A DNA stretch of 64,000 nt from Pseudomonadota bacterium (GTDB taxonomy: Bacteria; Pseudomonadota; Alphaproteobacteria; Caulobacterales; Caulobacteraceae): positions 86,554 through 150,553 of the forward strand of contig JBMOOF010000058.1 in assembly GCA_049323695.1 (NCBI GenBank). Direction: 5' to 3'. The position numbers were made by a program, and so were the translations under genes. Positions 53,748 to 62,950 of the stretch are shown here, one piece after another (position 1 is the first letter of the stretch; every line of letters starts with the position of its first letter). The notes under the pieces are model-generated. The model made no database searches, was not told the origin of the DNA, and worked only from the letters and a program-made list of their open reading frames with translations.

Positions 53748-55577
53748 ATGCGCAAGTCCGCCGTCGCCGCCCTGGCGGCCGTCCTGCTGTCGAGCCCCGC
53801 CATGTCAGAGCCCCCGCACCTGCCCAACGCCGCGCCCTGGGACCAGGCCTTCCTGCCGCCGGCCCTTCCCTGGGACGGGGCCAGCCGCCGGCTGCTGCGG
53901 CCGGCGGGCGACCCCTGGTCCAGCGCCTTCGAACAGGACGCGGCGCACGACTTCAGCCCGGACTACGCGGACACCCGCGCCTGGTTCGAGCGGCTGGACG
54001 CGGCCAGCGACCTGATCCGGCTGGAGACCTTCGGCACCTCGCCGGAGGGCCGGGCGATCTACGCCGTGATCGCCAGCAAGGACGGCCCGGCCCTCGATCC
54101 GAAGAAGCCGGTGATGCTGGTCCAGGCCGGCATCCACCCGGGCGAGATCGACGGCAAGGACGCGGGCATGATGCTGCTGCGCGACATCGCCTTCTACGGC
54201 AAGGACGGCCTGCTCGACCGGGTCAACCTGGTGCTGATCCCGATCCTGTCGGTCGACGGTCACGAGCGGTCGGGGCCCTATTCGCGGCCCAACCAGCGCG
54301 GGCCGCGCATCCAGGGCTGGCGCAACACGGCGACCAACCAGAACCTCAACCGCGACTACATGAAGCTGGACCAGCCCGAGATGCGGGCGGCGCGGACCTT
54401 CGTGAACCGGCTGAACCCCGACCTCTATGTCGACGTCCATGTCACCGACGGCATCGACTACCAGTACGACGTCACCTACGGCTACAACGGCGAGGACGGG
54501 GTATGGTCGCGGTCGCCGGCGATCGCGCGCTGGCTGGACGAGCACTTCCGGCCGGCGGTCGACCGGGCGCTGTCGAAACAGGGCCATATCCCGGGTCCGC
54601 TGGTCTTCGCCATCGACGACCGCGATCCGAAGAAGGGCCTCAGCGACGGGGGCCTCGGCGAACGGTTTTCCAACGGCTGGGGATCGGCCGCCCACGTCCC
54701 GACCATCCTGATCGAGAACCACAGCCTCAAGCCGCACGAGCAGCGGGTGCTGGGGACCTACGTCTTCCTCGAGGCGGCGCTGAAGCTGCTGGCGGCCAGG
54801 GGCGAGGGCCTGCGGGCGGCGATCGCGGCCGACCGCGCCCTGAGACCCGCGGAGATCCCGGCCAATTTCGTCGCCACCGAGACGCCGATCGCCATCCGCG
54901 ACTTCAAGGGCGTGCTGTTCGAGCGCTACGACAGCCCGGCGTCCGGCGCCGCGGAGATCCGCTGGCTGGGCAAGCGGGACCCGAAGCCCTGGAAGATGCC
55001 CTTCTACGGCAGCCGGCCGACGCTCGTGCTCGCGCGACCGAAGGCCTACTGGGTCCCCGGCTGGCGCCAGGACCTGATCGAGCGGCTGCGGCTGCACGGC
55101 GTGGCCATGGAGTCCCTCGCCGCCCCCAGGACCGTGACGGTCGAGATGCTGCGCCTGAAGGACGTCGCGGTGTCCGGCCGCACCAACGAGGGCCATGTGC
55201 CGATCACCGCCGGCTCCGTCGAGGCCGAGCGCCGCGCCTGGACCTTCCCCGCCGGTTCGGTCCGCATCCCCACCGACCAGCCGCTGGGCGACATCGTCGT
55301 GCTGCTGCTCGAGCCGCGATCGTCGGAGAGCTTCTTCGCCTGGGGCCTGTTCCCGGAAGTGCTGAACCGGGTCGAATACATCGAGGCCTACGCCATCGCC
55401 CCGCTGGCCGAACGCATGCTGGCCGCCGACCCGGCGCTGAAGGCGCAGTTCGAGGCGAAGCTGGCGGCCGACGCCGCCTTCGCCGCCGATCCGGACGCGC
55501 GGCTGGCCTGGTTCTACGCCCGCACGCCCTTCTACGACGACCGTTTCCAGCTCTATCCGGTCGGCCGTGAAACCTGA
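53748..55577 (+). CDS. M14 family metallocarboxypeptidase (secreted)
   Basis: Track ORF, 609 aa. Signal peptide. QAGIHPGEIDGKDA (HxxE zinc site), NLNRDY, VDVHVTDG. Confidence 0.75.
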   Translation: MRKSAVAALAAVLLSSPAMSEPPHLPNAAPWDQAFLPPALPWDGASRRLLRPAGDPWSSAFEQDAAHDFSPDYADTRAWFERLDAASDLIRLETFGTSPEGRAIYAVIASKDGPALDPKKPVMLVQAGIHPGEIDGKDAGMMLLRDIAFYGKDGLLDRVNLVLIPILSVDGHERSGPYSRPNQRGPRIQGWRNTATNQNLNRDYMKLDQPEMRAARTFVNRLNPDLYVDVHVTDGIDYQYDVTYGYNGEDGVWSRSPAIARWLDEHFRPAVDRALSKQGHIPGPLVFAIDDRDPKKGLSDGGLGERFSNGWGSAAHVPTILIENHSLKPHEQRVLGTYVFLEAALKLLAARGEGLRAAIAADRALRPAEIPANFVATETPIAIRDFKGVLFERYDSPASGAAEIRWLGKRDPKPWKMPFYGSRPTLVLARPKAYWVPGWRQDLIERLRLHGVAMESLAAPRTVTVEMLRLKDVAVSGRTNEGHVPITAGSVEAERRAWTFPAGSVRIPTDQPLGDIVVLLLEPRSSESFFAWGLFPEVLNRVEYIEAYAIAPLAERMLAADPALKAQFEAKLAADAAFAADPDARLAWFYARTPFYDDRFQLYPVGRET

Positions 55578-55655
55578 GCGGGAACCGCCTTGCCCTGAAA
55601 GGCAAAACCACGGCTAATCCGGCCCCTTGCGCCGCAGCCGCCGGGAAGACCGCCT

Positions 55656-56057
55656 ATGGACAACGTCAATCCGGGCCACGCCTCCGCCCTCTGGGTCGGG
55701 CTGCACATCCTGCTGATGCTGGTCCTGTCGTTGCTGGTCGTCCGCCTGCGCAATCGCCACAAGGTGTTCCTCGGCGACGAGGGCATCCCCGAGCTGGCCC
55801 AGGCCATCCGCGCCTTCGGCAACGCCAGCGAATACGTGCCGCCGGGGCTGGCCGGGCTGATCGTGCTGGACCTCGCCGGGGCGGCGCCCCTGCTGATCCA
55901 CCTGGGCGGCCTGCTGCTGCTGACCGGCCGGGTCACCCACGCGGTCGGGCTGTCCCGGACCGGCGGCACCTCCATTCCCCGGGCCCTGGGCATGACCCTG
56001 ACCTGGTGCGCCTACGTCTATCTGATCGCCGGCACGCTCATCTCGGCGGTCTGGTAG
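55656..56057 (+). CDS. MAPEG family membrane protein
   Basis: Track ORF, 133 aa, four TM segments. RAFGNASEYVP..., LLLTGRVTHAVG. Confidence 0.75.
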   Translation: MDNVNPGHASALWVGLHILLMLVLSLLVVRLRNRHKVFLGDEGIPELAQAIRAFGNASEYVPPGLAGLIVLDLAGAAPLLIHLGGLLLLTGRVTHAVGLSRTGGTSIPRALGMTLTWCAYVYLIAGTLISAVW

Positions 56058-56094
56058 CCTTGCCCCCGAGGCCCGGCGTCCCCATAACCGCGCC

Positions 56095-57426
56095 ATGGAC
56101 GAAAACCTGTTGCATGAGGCGGTCGCCGCTGCGCTGAACGCGGGCGCGGACGCGGCCGAAGCCGTCTTCGCCGAACGCCAGTCCCTGTCGGTCACCGTGC
56201 GCGGCGGGGCTCTGGAGGAGGTCGAGCGCGAGGAATCCCGCGACCTGGGCGTCCGCGTCTTCGTCGGCCGGCGGCAGGCGGCGGTGTCGGGATCGGACGT
56301 CTCGGCCGACGGCCGCCGCAAGCTGGTCGAGCGCGCCGTGGCCATGGCCCGCCTGGCGCCGGAGGACCCCTACGCCGGCCTCGCCCCGACCGAGCGCCTG
56401 GCGAGGGGCCCGTTCGCCGACCTCGACCTGTTCGACGCGGGCGAGCCCTCCCCCGAGGCGCTCGAGGACCAGGCCCGCGAGGCCGAGGCCGCGGCCCGGG
56501 CCGTGGAAGGCGTCACCAACTCCGACGGCGGATCGGCGGCCTGGTCGTCGTCCCGCTGGCGGCTGGCGACCAGCGAAGGCTTCTCGGGCCTGCACCGCGC
56601 CTCCGGCTTCTCCCTGTCCTGTTCGGCGGTGGCCGGCGAGGGCTCGGGCATGGAGCGGGCCGGCGAGGGGCGGTCCACCCGTCACGCCGGCGACCTGCCG
56701 ACCCCCGCCTCGATCGGCGCCGAGGCCGGCCGCCGCGCCGTGCAGCGCCTCAACGCCCGCAAGATCGCCTCGACCACCGCTCCTGTGATCTTCGAGAACC
56801 GCCTCGCCACGGCCCTGATCGGACCGATGATCGGCGCCATCTCCGGACCGTCGGTGGCGCGCGGGGTCAGCTTCCTGAAGGACCGCCTGGGTCGGAAGCT
56901 GTTCGCCGCCGGGGTCGATATCGTCGACGATCCCCATCGACTCCGCGGTCTCGGCTCCTCGCCCTTCGACGACGAGGGCGTCGCCAACCGGCGGATGGCG
57001 CTGATCGAGGACGGCGTCCTGACCAGCTGGCTGCTCAACAGCGCCTCGGCCCGTCAGCTGGGTCTGGAGACGACCGGCCATGCCTCGCGCGGCCTGGCCG
57101 GGCCGCCGGGGGTGGGAACCTCGAACCTGACGGTCGAACCGGGCGAGCGCGACCTCGCCGGGCTGATGGCCGACGCCGGCGCCGGGCTGCTGGTGACCTC
57201 GATGTTCGGCCCCTCGCTGAACGCCAACACCGGCGACTGGTCGGCGGGCTGTTCCGGCTTCTGGTTCGAGAACGGCGAGATCGCCTATCCGGTCACCGAG
57301 ATCACCGTGGCGGGCAATCTGATCGACATCTACGGTCGGCTGGTTCCCGGGTCCGACCTCGAGATCCGCGGGTCGGCCAATTCGCCGTCGCAGCTGGTCG
57401 ACGCCCTGGCCGTCGCGGGCCGATGA
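56095..57426 (+). CDS. pmbA: metalloprotease PmbA/TldE
   Basis: Track ORF, 443 aa. DLGVRVFVG, PFDDEGV, TGHASRG, ITVAGNL. Confidence 0.9.
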   Translation: MDENLLHEAVAAALNAGADAAEAVFAERQSLSVTVRGGALEEVEREESRDLGVRVFVGRRQAAVSGSDVSADGRRKLVERAVAMARLAPEDPYAGLAPTERLARGPFADLDLFDAGEPSPEALEDQAREAEAAARAVEGVTNSDGGSAAWSSSRWRLATSEGFSGLHRASGFSLSCSAVAGEGSGMERAGEGRSTRHAGDLPTPASIGAEAGRRAVQRLNARKIASTTAPVIFENRLATALIGPMIGAISGPSVARGVSFLKDRLGRKLFAAGVDIVDDPHRLRGLGSSPFDDEGVANRRMALIEDGVLTSWLLNSASARQLGLETTGHASRGLAGPPGVGTSNLTVEPGERDLAGLMADAGAGLLVTSMFGPSLNANTGDWSAGCSGFWFENGEIAYPVTEITVAGNLIDIYGRLVPGSDLEIRGSANSPSQLVDALAVAGR

Positions 57427-58208
57427 TCGACGACCTGCTGCTCATCGAGGCCGCCGCCCGCGCCGTCGGCGCCGAGGCGCGCCGTCTGAAGGCCGAGGGC
57501 CTGAAGGTCTGGTCCAAGGACGGCGGCTCGCCCGTCACCAACGCCGACATCGCCGTCGACGCGCTCCTGCGGGAGCGGCTGGGGGCGGCGCGGCCGGGCT
57601 ACGGCTGGCTGTCGGAAGAGACCGCCGACGACCCCGCCCGGCTGTCGCGGGCGCGGCTGTTCGTCGTCGATCCCATCGACGGCACGGTGGCCTTCTTCAA
57701 GGAGCGGCCCTGGTGGGCGGTGTCGATCGCGGTGGTCGAGGACGGCCGGCCCGTCGCCGGCGTCGTGCACGCGCCCGAACTCGACGAGACCTTCGTCGCC
57801 CGCCGCGGCGGCGGGGCGCGCCTGAACGGCGAGCCGATCCGGGCGAGCGACCAGCTCAGCGTCGAGGGCTGCGCCATGCTCGGCGATGCGAAGATGTTCC
57901 GCCACCCGGCCTGGCCGACGCCCTGGCCCGACATGCGCATCGAGACCCGCAATTCCATCGCCTATCGCATGTGCCTGGTCGCCGACGGCCGGTTCGACGC
58001 GGCGCTGGCGCTGAGCGGCAAGAACGAGTGGGACCTGGCCGCCGCCGACCTGATCTGCGCCGAGGCCGGCGCCGTCGTCACCGACCACAAGGGCCGGTCC
58101 TACCGCTACAACCTCGAAACCCCGCGGCATCCGAGCCTGGTCTGCGCGGCGCCGGCGTTGCACCCGTTGATCCTCGACCGCGTCCGGCCTATCGACCTGC
58201 CCGAGTAA
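57423..58208 (+). CDS. inositol monophosphatase family protein (CysQ-like 3'(2'),5'-bisphosphate nucleotidase)
   Basis: Track ORF, 261 aa, ATGA overlap with pmbA. WLSEE, VVDPIDGT, WDLAAADLI. Confidence 0.85.
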   Translation: MIDDLLLIEAAARAVGAEARRLKAEGLKVWSKDGGSPVTNADIAVDALLRERLGAARPGYGWLSEETADDPARLSRARLFVVDPIDGTVAFFKERPWWAVSIAVVEDGRPVAGVVHAPELDETFVARRGGGARLNGEPIRASDQLSVEGCAMLGDAKMFRHPAWPTPWPDMRIETRNSIAYRMCLVADGRFDAALALSGKNEWDLAAADLICAEAGAVVTDHKGRSYRYNLETPRHPSLVCAAPALHPLILDRVRPIDLPE

Positions 58209-58230
58209 CCCCGCGGAAAGGTCGCCCACC

Positions 58231-58467
58231 ATGCCGGACAGACAGCTTCTCCACATCGTCATCGGCGGCGAGCTGAAGGACGTCGCGGACATCGAGTTCC
58301 GCGACCTCGCCAGCGTCGAGTTCGTCGGCGCCTTCCCGAACTACGCCGAGGCCTGGAAGGCCTGGAAGGCCAAGGCCCAGGCCACCGTCGACAACGCCCA
58401 CGCCCGCTATTTCATCATCCACGCCCACCGCCTGCTCGACCCCAGCACGGACGACCACGAGCACTAG
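58231..58467 (+). CDS. DUF4170 domain protein
   Basis: Track ORF, 78 aa. LLHIVIGGELKD..FVGAFPNYAEAWKAWKAKAQATVDNAHARYFIIHAHRLLDP. Confidence 0.8.
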   Translation: MPDRQLLHIVIGGELKDVADIEFRDLASVEFVGAFPNYAEAWKAWKAKAQATVDNAHARYFIIHAHRLLDPSTDDHEH

Positions 58468-58525
58468 GACGTCACCGGCCCGTCATTTCGCCGCCGTAGA
58501 ATGAGAGCTCCGGAAGGAGGTCCTC

Positions 58526-58708
58526 ATGGAAGTCCTGATTGGCGTTGGGTTGCTGGCGGTCGTGGCGATCGCGGTGGTGCTGATGGTCCGGCTGCGGTCG
58601 GCGCAGGCGAGGGGCGAGCTCGGCGGCGACGCGACCGCGGCGATCCTGGCCGCCTCGATGATGACCGACGGCGGTTCGTCATCCTGCGGCGGCGGGAGCT
58701 GCGACTAG
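58526..58708 (+). CDS. small membrane protein: one N-terminal TM helix and a C-terminal Gly/Ser/Cys tail
   Basis: Track ORF, 60 aa. Very strong SD GGAAGGAGG 5 nt before the ATG. MEVLIGVGLLAVVAIAVVLMV RLRS...GGSSSCGGGSCD*. Confidence 0.55.
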   Translation: MEVLIGVGLLAVVAIAVVLMVRLRSAQARGELGGDATAAILAASMMTDGGSSSCGGGSCD

Positions 58709-59377
58709 CTACTCCCGCCGCAGCAGGCGGTCGGTGATCAGCGTGCCCCACCAGTCGGCCTTGAAGTCGGCCTTGATCCGGTCGCGGTCGTAGGCGTCGC
58801 TCTGCACCCAGTCGATAAAGCTGATCCCCCTGGGCTCGGCCTCCTCGAGGTAGCGCTCGAAGACGTAGTCGAGGACGCCGGTCTTGCCCTGCTTCATGTG
58901 CAGGGTGCGCAGGCCGAGCTCGGTCATCGCCTCGCGGATCGGCGCGCCCAGGTGAAAGTGGCGGTAGAGGACGCTCATGATCCCGGCCCGGTCCGCGCCG
59001 GACTTGCAGTGCATCAGGGCCGGATACTCGATGGTCTGGAACAGGTCGCGGGCGCCCAGGACCGTCTCCCGGCGCGGGACCTCGCGCGAGGTGATGGTGA
59101 AGTCGACCATCGTCAGCCCGAGCCGCCGGCAGGCGTCGCGCTCCAGCACGTAGAAGCCGGTGTTGAAGCCGCCGCGCAGGTTGACGATGGTCTTGATGCC
59201 GTCGCGCTTCCACCACTTCAGCTGGAACGGCCAGGGCTGGGCGGCCCGCACCATGTCCGGGCCGATCCAGTGGGCGTTGGAGAATCCCACCCGCAGGAAG
59301 GCGTGGTCCATGAAGATGGAATGCATGTAGGCCTTGAAACGGCCCCAGCCGGTGGAGAGGTCGAAGCCCTTCGACAA
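58709..59377 (-). CDS. dual-specificity/tyrosine protein phosphatase family protein (CX5R)
   Basis: C-terminal 222 codons of track ORF 58709-61150. TTG 59377 with AGGGAG 6 nt upstream (MSKGFDLSTGWGRFKAY...). Active-site loop HCKSGADRAG. Confidence 0.75.
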   Translation of the reverse strand: MSKGFDLSTGWGRFKAYMHSIFMDHAFLRVGFSNAHWIGPDMVRAAQPWPFQLKWWKRDGIKTIVNLRGGFNTGFYVLERDACRRLGLTMVDFTITSREVPRRETVLGARDLFQTIEYPALMHCKSGADRAGIMSVLYRHFHLGAPIREAMTELGLRTLHMKQGKTGVLDYVFERYLEEAEPRGISFIDWVQSDAYDRDRIKADFKADWWGTLITDRLLRRE

Positions 59378-59455
59378 GTGGCGCTCCCTGCAAGAGCGTC
59401 CTAAGTAGGGCGCTGCGTCAGGAACGCAAATCTCTTCAGGGCCGATTTCCCGTCC

Positions 59456-61237
59456 ATGACCGCCGCCGAGTCCGCCGAGCCGACCCGCCTCCAGCTGGCC
59501 GGCCGCGTCTGGAGCACCTACCTCAGGCGCCGCTGGAAGGGCATCGCCGTGGCCATGGCCTGCGCCGTGGCGGTGGCGGCCCTGTCCGGCCTGCTGGTCC
59601 AGCTGCTCGAACCGGCGATCAACGACCTGCTGGTCAAGCCCAAGCGCGGGGCGCTCCTGGCCGTGCCGCTGACCATCGTCGCCTACGCCCTGGCCCGGAC
59701 GGTGGCCCAGGTGGTGCAGTCGACGCTGGTCAACCGCATCGGCCATGGCGTCGTCGGCGATGTCCAGCTGGAGCTGTTCGGCCGCATGGTGCGCGCCGAC
59801 CTCGCCCGGCTGAAAGCGACCCATTCGGGCGAGTTCGTCTCCCGCGTGCTCTACGACGCGGGCCTGATCCGCGAGGCGGCGACCAGCGGCGTGATCGCCT
59901 ACACCCAGCACGCCCTGATCATCTTCGCCATGCTGTGGGTGATGGTCACGTCGGACCCGTTGCTGGGCCTGCTCGTGCTGGCGGCGGCGGTTCCCGCCTC
60001 GCGGCTGATGCGCCGCTTCTCCCGCCGGTCCAAGAAAGCCGCCCGCGGCGCCATGGCGGCGACCAGCCTGCTGTCGACGGCCCTGATGGAGAGCCTCGAC
60101 GGCGTCCGCGTGGTCAAGATGGAGAACCGCGAGCAATACGAGGAGGCCCGCGTCGCCGACGCCATCCGCGAGCGCCAGCGGCACATCATCAAGGGCGCCA
60201 ACGCCCGCGCCCAGGCGGCGCCGGTGACCGAGTTGCTGACCTTCACGATCACGGCCCTGGTCTTCGCCTACGCCGGCTGGCGGGCCTCGACCGGGGCGAT
60301 GAACGTCGGCGACTTCACCGCCTTCATGGGCGCCCTGACCACGGCCGGCCAGTCCCTGCGCCAGCTCGCCAACCTGCAGACCGTCTTCGCCGAGGGCTCG
60401 ACCGCCGCCCGCCGGTTGTTCGCCGCCCTCGATGTCGCCCCGGAGGTCGCCGAGGCGCCGGACGCCCGCCCCCTGCCCGAGGGCGACGGCGAGGTGCGGC
60501 TGGAGGACGTCACCTTCGCCTACGAGGACGGCGTGGTGGCCCTGGACGGCGCCACGATCGAGGCGCGCCGCAGCGAGATGGTCGCCCTGGTCGGCCCCTC
60601 GGGCGGCGGCAAGAGCACGGTGCTGTCGCTGATCCCCCGCTTCTACGACGCCAGCCGCGGCCGGGTGACCATCGACGGGATGGACGTGCGCGAGGCCCGC
60701 ATCGACTCCCTGCGCGCGCGCATCGCCTTCGTGACCCAGGAGCCCTTCCTGTTCGACGACACCATCCGGGCCAACATCGCCTACGCCCGGCCCGAGGCGA
60801 CCGACGCCGAGATCGAGGAGGCGGCCCGGCGCGCCGCCGCCCACGACTTCATCCTCGAGCAGCCCGACGGTTACGACACCGTCGTGGGCGAGGCCGCCGC
60901 GCGCCTGTCCGGCGGTCAGCGGCAAAGGATCGCCATCGCCCGCGCCTTCCTCAAGAACGCGCCGATCCTGCTGCTCGACGAGGCGACCAGCGCCCTCGAC
61001 ACCGAGAGCGAGGCCCAGGTCCAGGCGGCGCTCGAGCGGCTGATGGCCGGCCGCACGACGATCATGATCGCCCACCGCCTGTCGACCGTGAAGCATGCCG
61101 ACCGCATCTACGTCATCGACCGGGGGCGGGTGGTGGAGACCGGCGACCATGCCGCCCTGGTGCGCCGGCGCGGCCTCTACGCCCGGCTGGCCAAGGCCCA
61201 GGACCTCGACGCCTCGCCCGAAGAGGTGGGCGCGTGA
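59456..61237 (+). CDS. msbA: ABC transporter permease/ATPase, MsbA-like lipid A exporter
   Basis: Track ORF, 593 aa. Walker A GPSGGGKST, LSGGQRQRIAIARA, ILLLDEATS. Its position upstream of DUF374 and kdtA supports the MsbA call. Confidence 0.8.
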   Translation: MTAAESAEPTRLQLAGRVWSTYLRRRWKGIAVAMACAVAVAALSGLLVQLLEPAINDLLVKPKRGALLAVPLTIVAYALARTVAQVVQSTLVNRIGHGVVGDVQLELFGRMVRADLARLKATHSGEFVSRVLYDAGLIREAATSGVIAYTQHALIIFAMLWVMVTSDPLLGLLVLAAAVPASRLMRRFSRRSKKAARGAMAATSLLSTALMESLDGVRVVKMENREQYEEARVADAIRERQRHIIKGANARAQAAPVTELLTFTITALVFAYAGWRASTGAMNVGDFTAFMGALTTAGQSLRQLANLQTVFAEGSTAARRLFAALDVAPEVAEAPDARPLPEGDGEVRLEDVTFAYEDGVVALDGATIEARRSEMVALVGPSGGGKSTVLSLIPRFYDASRGRVTIDGMDVREARIDSLRARIAFVTQEPFLFDDTIRANIAYARPEATDAEIEEAARRAAAHDFILEQPDGYDTVVGEAAARLSGGQRQRIAIARAFLKNAPILLLDEATSALDTESEAQVQAALERLMAGRTTIMIAHRLSTVKHADRIYVIDRGRVVETGDHAALVRRRGLYARLAKAQDLDASPEEVGA

Positions 61238-61935
61238 AGGCCTTCTTCCGCTCGCCCGCCGTACAGAACGCGCTGGCCACGCTGTTCGCGGCCTGGCTGG
61301 GCCTCTGCTACGCGACGATGCGCTGGACGCGGGAGGGCCAGGACAAGGCGCGGCAGGTCTGGGCCATGGAGGGCGGGGCCATCCTCTGCTTCTGGCACGC
61401 CCGCATCCCCCTTTCGCCGCAGTGCTGGCCCCAGTCGCCCGAGCGCCAGGACATGCGGGCCCTGATCTCGCGATCCGCCGACGGCGAATTCATCGCCCTG
61501 ACGGTGCAGAAGATCGGCTTTCCCGCCATTCGCGGCTCCTCGAAGAAGGGCAGCGATCCCGGCAAGAACAAGCACGGCGAGCAGGCCTTCCGCGACATGA
61601 TCAAGTGGGTGAAGGGCGGCGGCGGCGTCGCCATCACGCCGGACGGTCCGCGCGGCCCGGCCGAGGCGATGCAGCTGGGCGCCCCCACGCTGGCCCGCGT
61701 CACCGGCGCGCCGGTGATCTTCTGCGGCCTGGCCAGCCGGCCGGCGATCCGCATCGGCAGCTGGGACCGCACCCTGATCCCGCTGCCCTTCTCCAGGGGG
61801 GCGATGGTCTGGGACGGTCCCCACTTCGCGCGGCGCGGCGACGACCTGGAGGCCCTGGCGGCGGACTGGGCGGGCCGCCTCACGGCCGCCACGCGACGGG
61901 CGGAGGCGATTGTGGACGGCGCGGGCGCGGAGTGA
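61234..61935 (+). CDS. DUF374 domain protein (lysophospholipid acyltransferase-like, LPS-core cluster)
   Basis: GTG 61234 overlaps the msbA stop (GTGA). It is the C-terminal part of track ORF 59935-61935. ILCFWHARI, SRSADGEFIA, ITPDGPRGP. Confidence 0.8.
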   Translation: MKAFFRSPAVQNALATLFAAWLGLCYATMRWTREGQDKARQVWAMEGGAILCFWHARIPLSPQCWPQSPERQDMRALISRSADGEFIALTVQKIGFPAIRGSSKKGSDPGKNKHGEQAFRDMIKWVKGGGGVAITPDGPRGPAEAMQLGAPTLARVTGAPVIFCGLASRPAIRIGSWDRTLIPLPFSRGAMVWDGPHFARRGDDLEALAADWAGRLTAATRRAEAIVDGAGAE

Positions 61936-61948
61936 GACTCTGACCGTC

Positions 61949-62947
61949 ATGGCCCACGACGCGCACGATCCGCCCGACGCGCCTGCCGGCGACCACAGCC
62001 TGCACCACGCCCACGGCGTGGCGCATCATCATGGCCACAGCCACGGCCACCACCACGGCCACCACAGCCACGCGCCCGCCGACTTCGGCCGCGCCTTCGC
62101 GTTCGGCGCGGCGCTGAACATCGCCTTCGTCGCCGCCGAGGCGGCGGGCGGGATTCTGACCGGCTCCCTGGCGCTGATCGCGGACGCCGGCCACAATCTC
62201 TCGGACGTGCTGGGCCTGCTGCTGGCCTGGGCGGCGGCGGCGCTGGCCCGTCTGGCGCCCACCGCGCGGCGGACCTACGGCCTGCGCAAGGGCACCATCC
62301 TCGCCTCCCTGGCCAACGCCGGCCTGCTGCTCGGCGCCGTCGGCGCGATCGTCTGGGAGGCCATCCGCCGGCTCGGCGCGCCCGAGCCGGTTTCGCCCGG
62401 CCCGGTCATCGCCGTGGCCGCCATCGGGGTCGTGATCAACACGGCGACGGCGCTGCTGTTCCTGCGCGGCCACCATGATCTCAATGTCCGCGGGGCCTTC
62501 CTGCACATGGCGGCCGACGCGGCGGTGTCCCTCGGCGTGGTCGCCGCCGGCGTCGCGATCTGGATCATGCCCGGCTGGCAGTGGCTCGACCCGGCGGTCA
62601 GCCTGGTCATCGCCACGGTGATCGTCGCCGGGACCTGGGGCCTGTTGCGCGATTCCCTCGACCTGGCGCTGGACGCGGCCCCGCGCGGCGTCGACCCGGA
62701 GGCGGTCAAGAACTGGCTGGCGGCGCAGCCTGGGGTCACCGAGGTGCACGATCTGCACATCTGGGCGATGAGCACCACCGAGACCGCCCTGACCGCCCAC
62801 CTCATCCGGCCGGACAACGCCGACGCCGACGACTTCCTGCACGAGGTGGCGCACGGCCTGGCCGAGCGGTTCCGCATCGGCCATCCGACCCTGCAGATCG
62901 AGACCGGCGCCGGCGCCTGCCATTTCGCTCCGGCTCACGTGGTCTGA
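61949..62947 (+). CDS. cation diffusion facilitator (CDF) family metal efflux transporter with His-rich N-terminus
   Basis: Track ORF 61910-62947 trimmed to ATG 61949. HHAHGVAHHHGHSHGHHHGHHSH, then SLALIADAGHNLSD, FLHMAADA, HDLHIW. Confidence 0.88.
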   Translation: MAHDAHDPPDAPAGDHSLHHAHGVAHHHGHSHGHHHGHHSHAPADFGRAFAFGAALNIAFVAAEAAGGILTGSLALIADAGHNLSDVLGLLLAWAAAALARLAPTARRTYGLRKGTILASLANAGLLLGAVGAIVWEAIRRLGAPEPVSPGPVIAVAAIGVVINTATALLFLRGHHDLNVRGAFLHMAADAAVSLGVVAAGVAIWIMPGWQWLDPAVSLVIATVIVAGTWGLLRDSLDLALDAAPRGVDPEAVKNWLAAQPGVTEVHDLHIWAMSTTETALTAHLIRPDNADADDFLHEVAHGLAERFRIGHPTLQIETGAGACHFAPAHVV

Positions 62948-62950
62948 CAC

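Noticed and set aside
28592-57426. tldD (28592) and pmbA (56095) as a split two-gene system.
   Set aside because: The two genes are commonly unlinked in proteobacteria, so nothing here is unusual.
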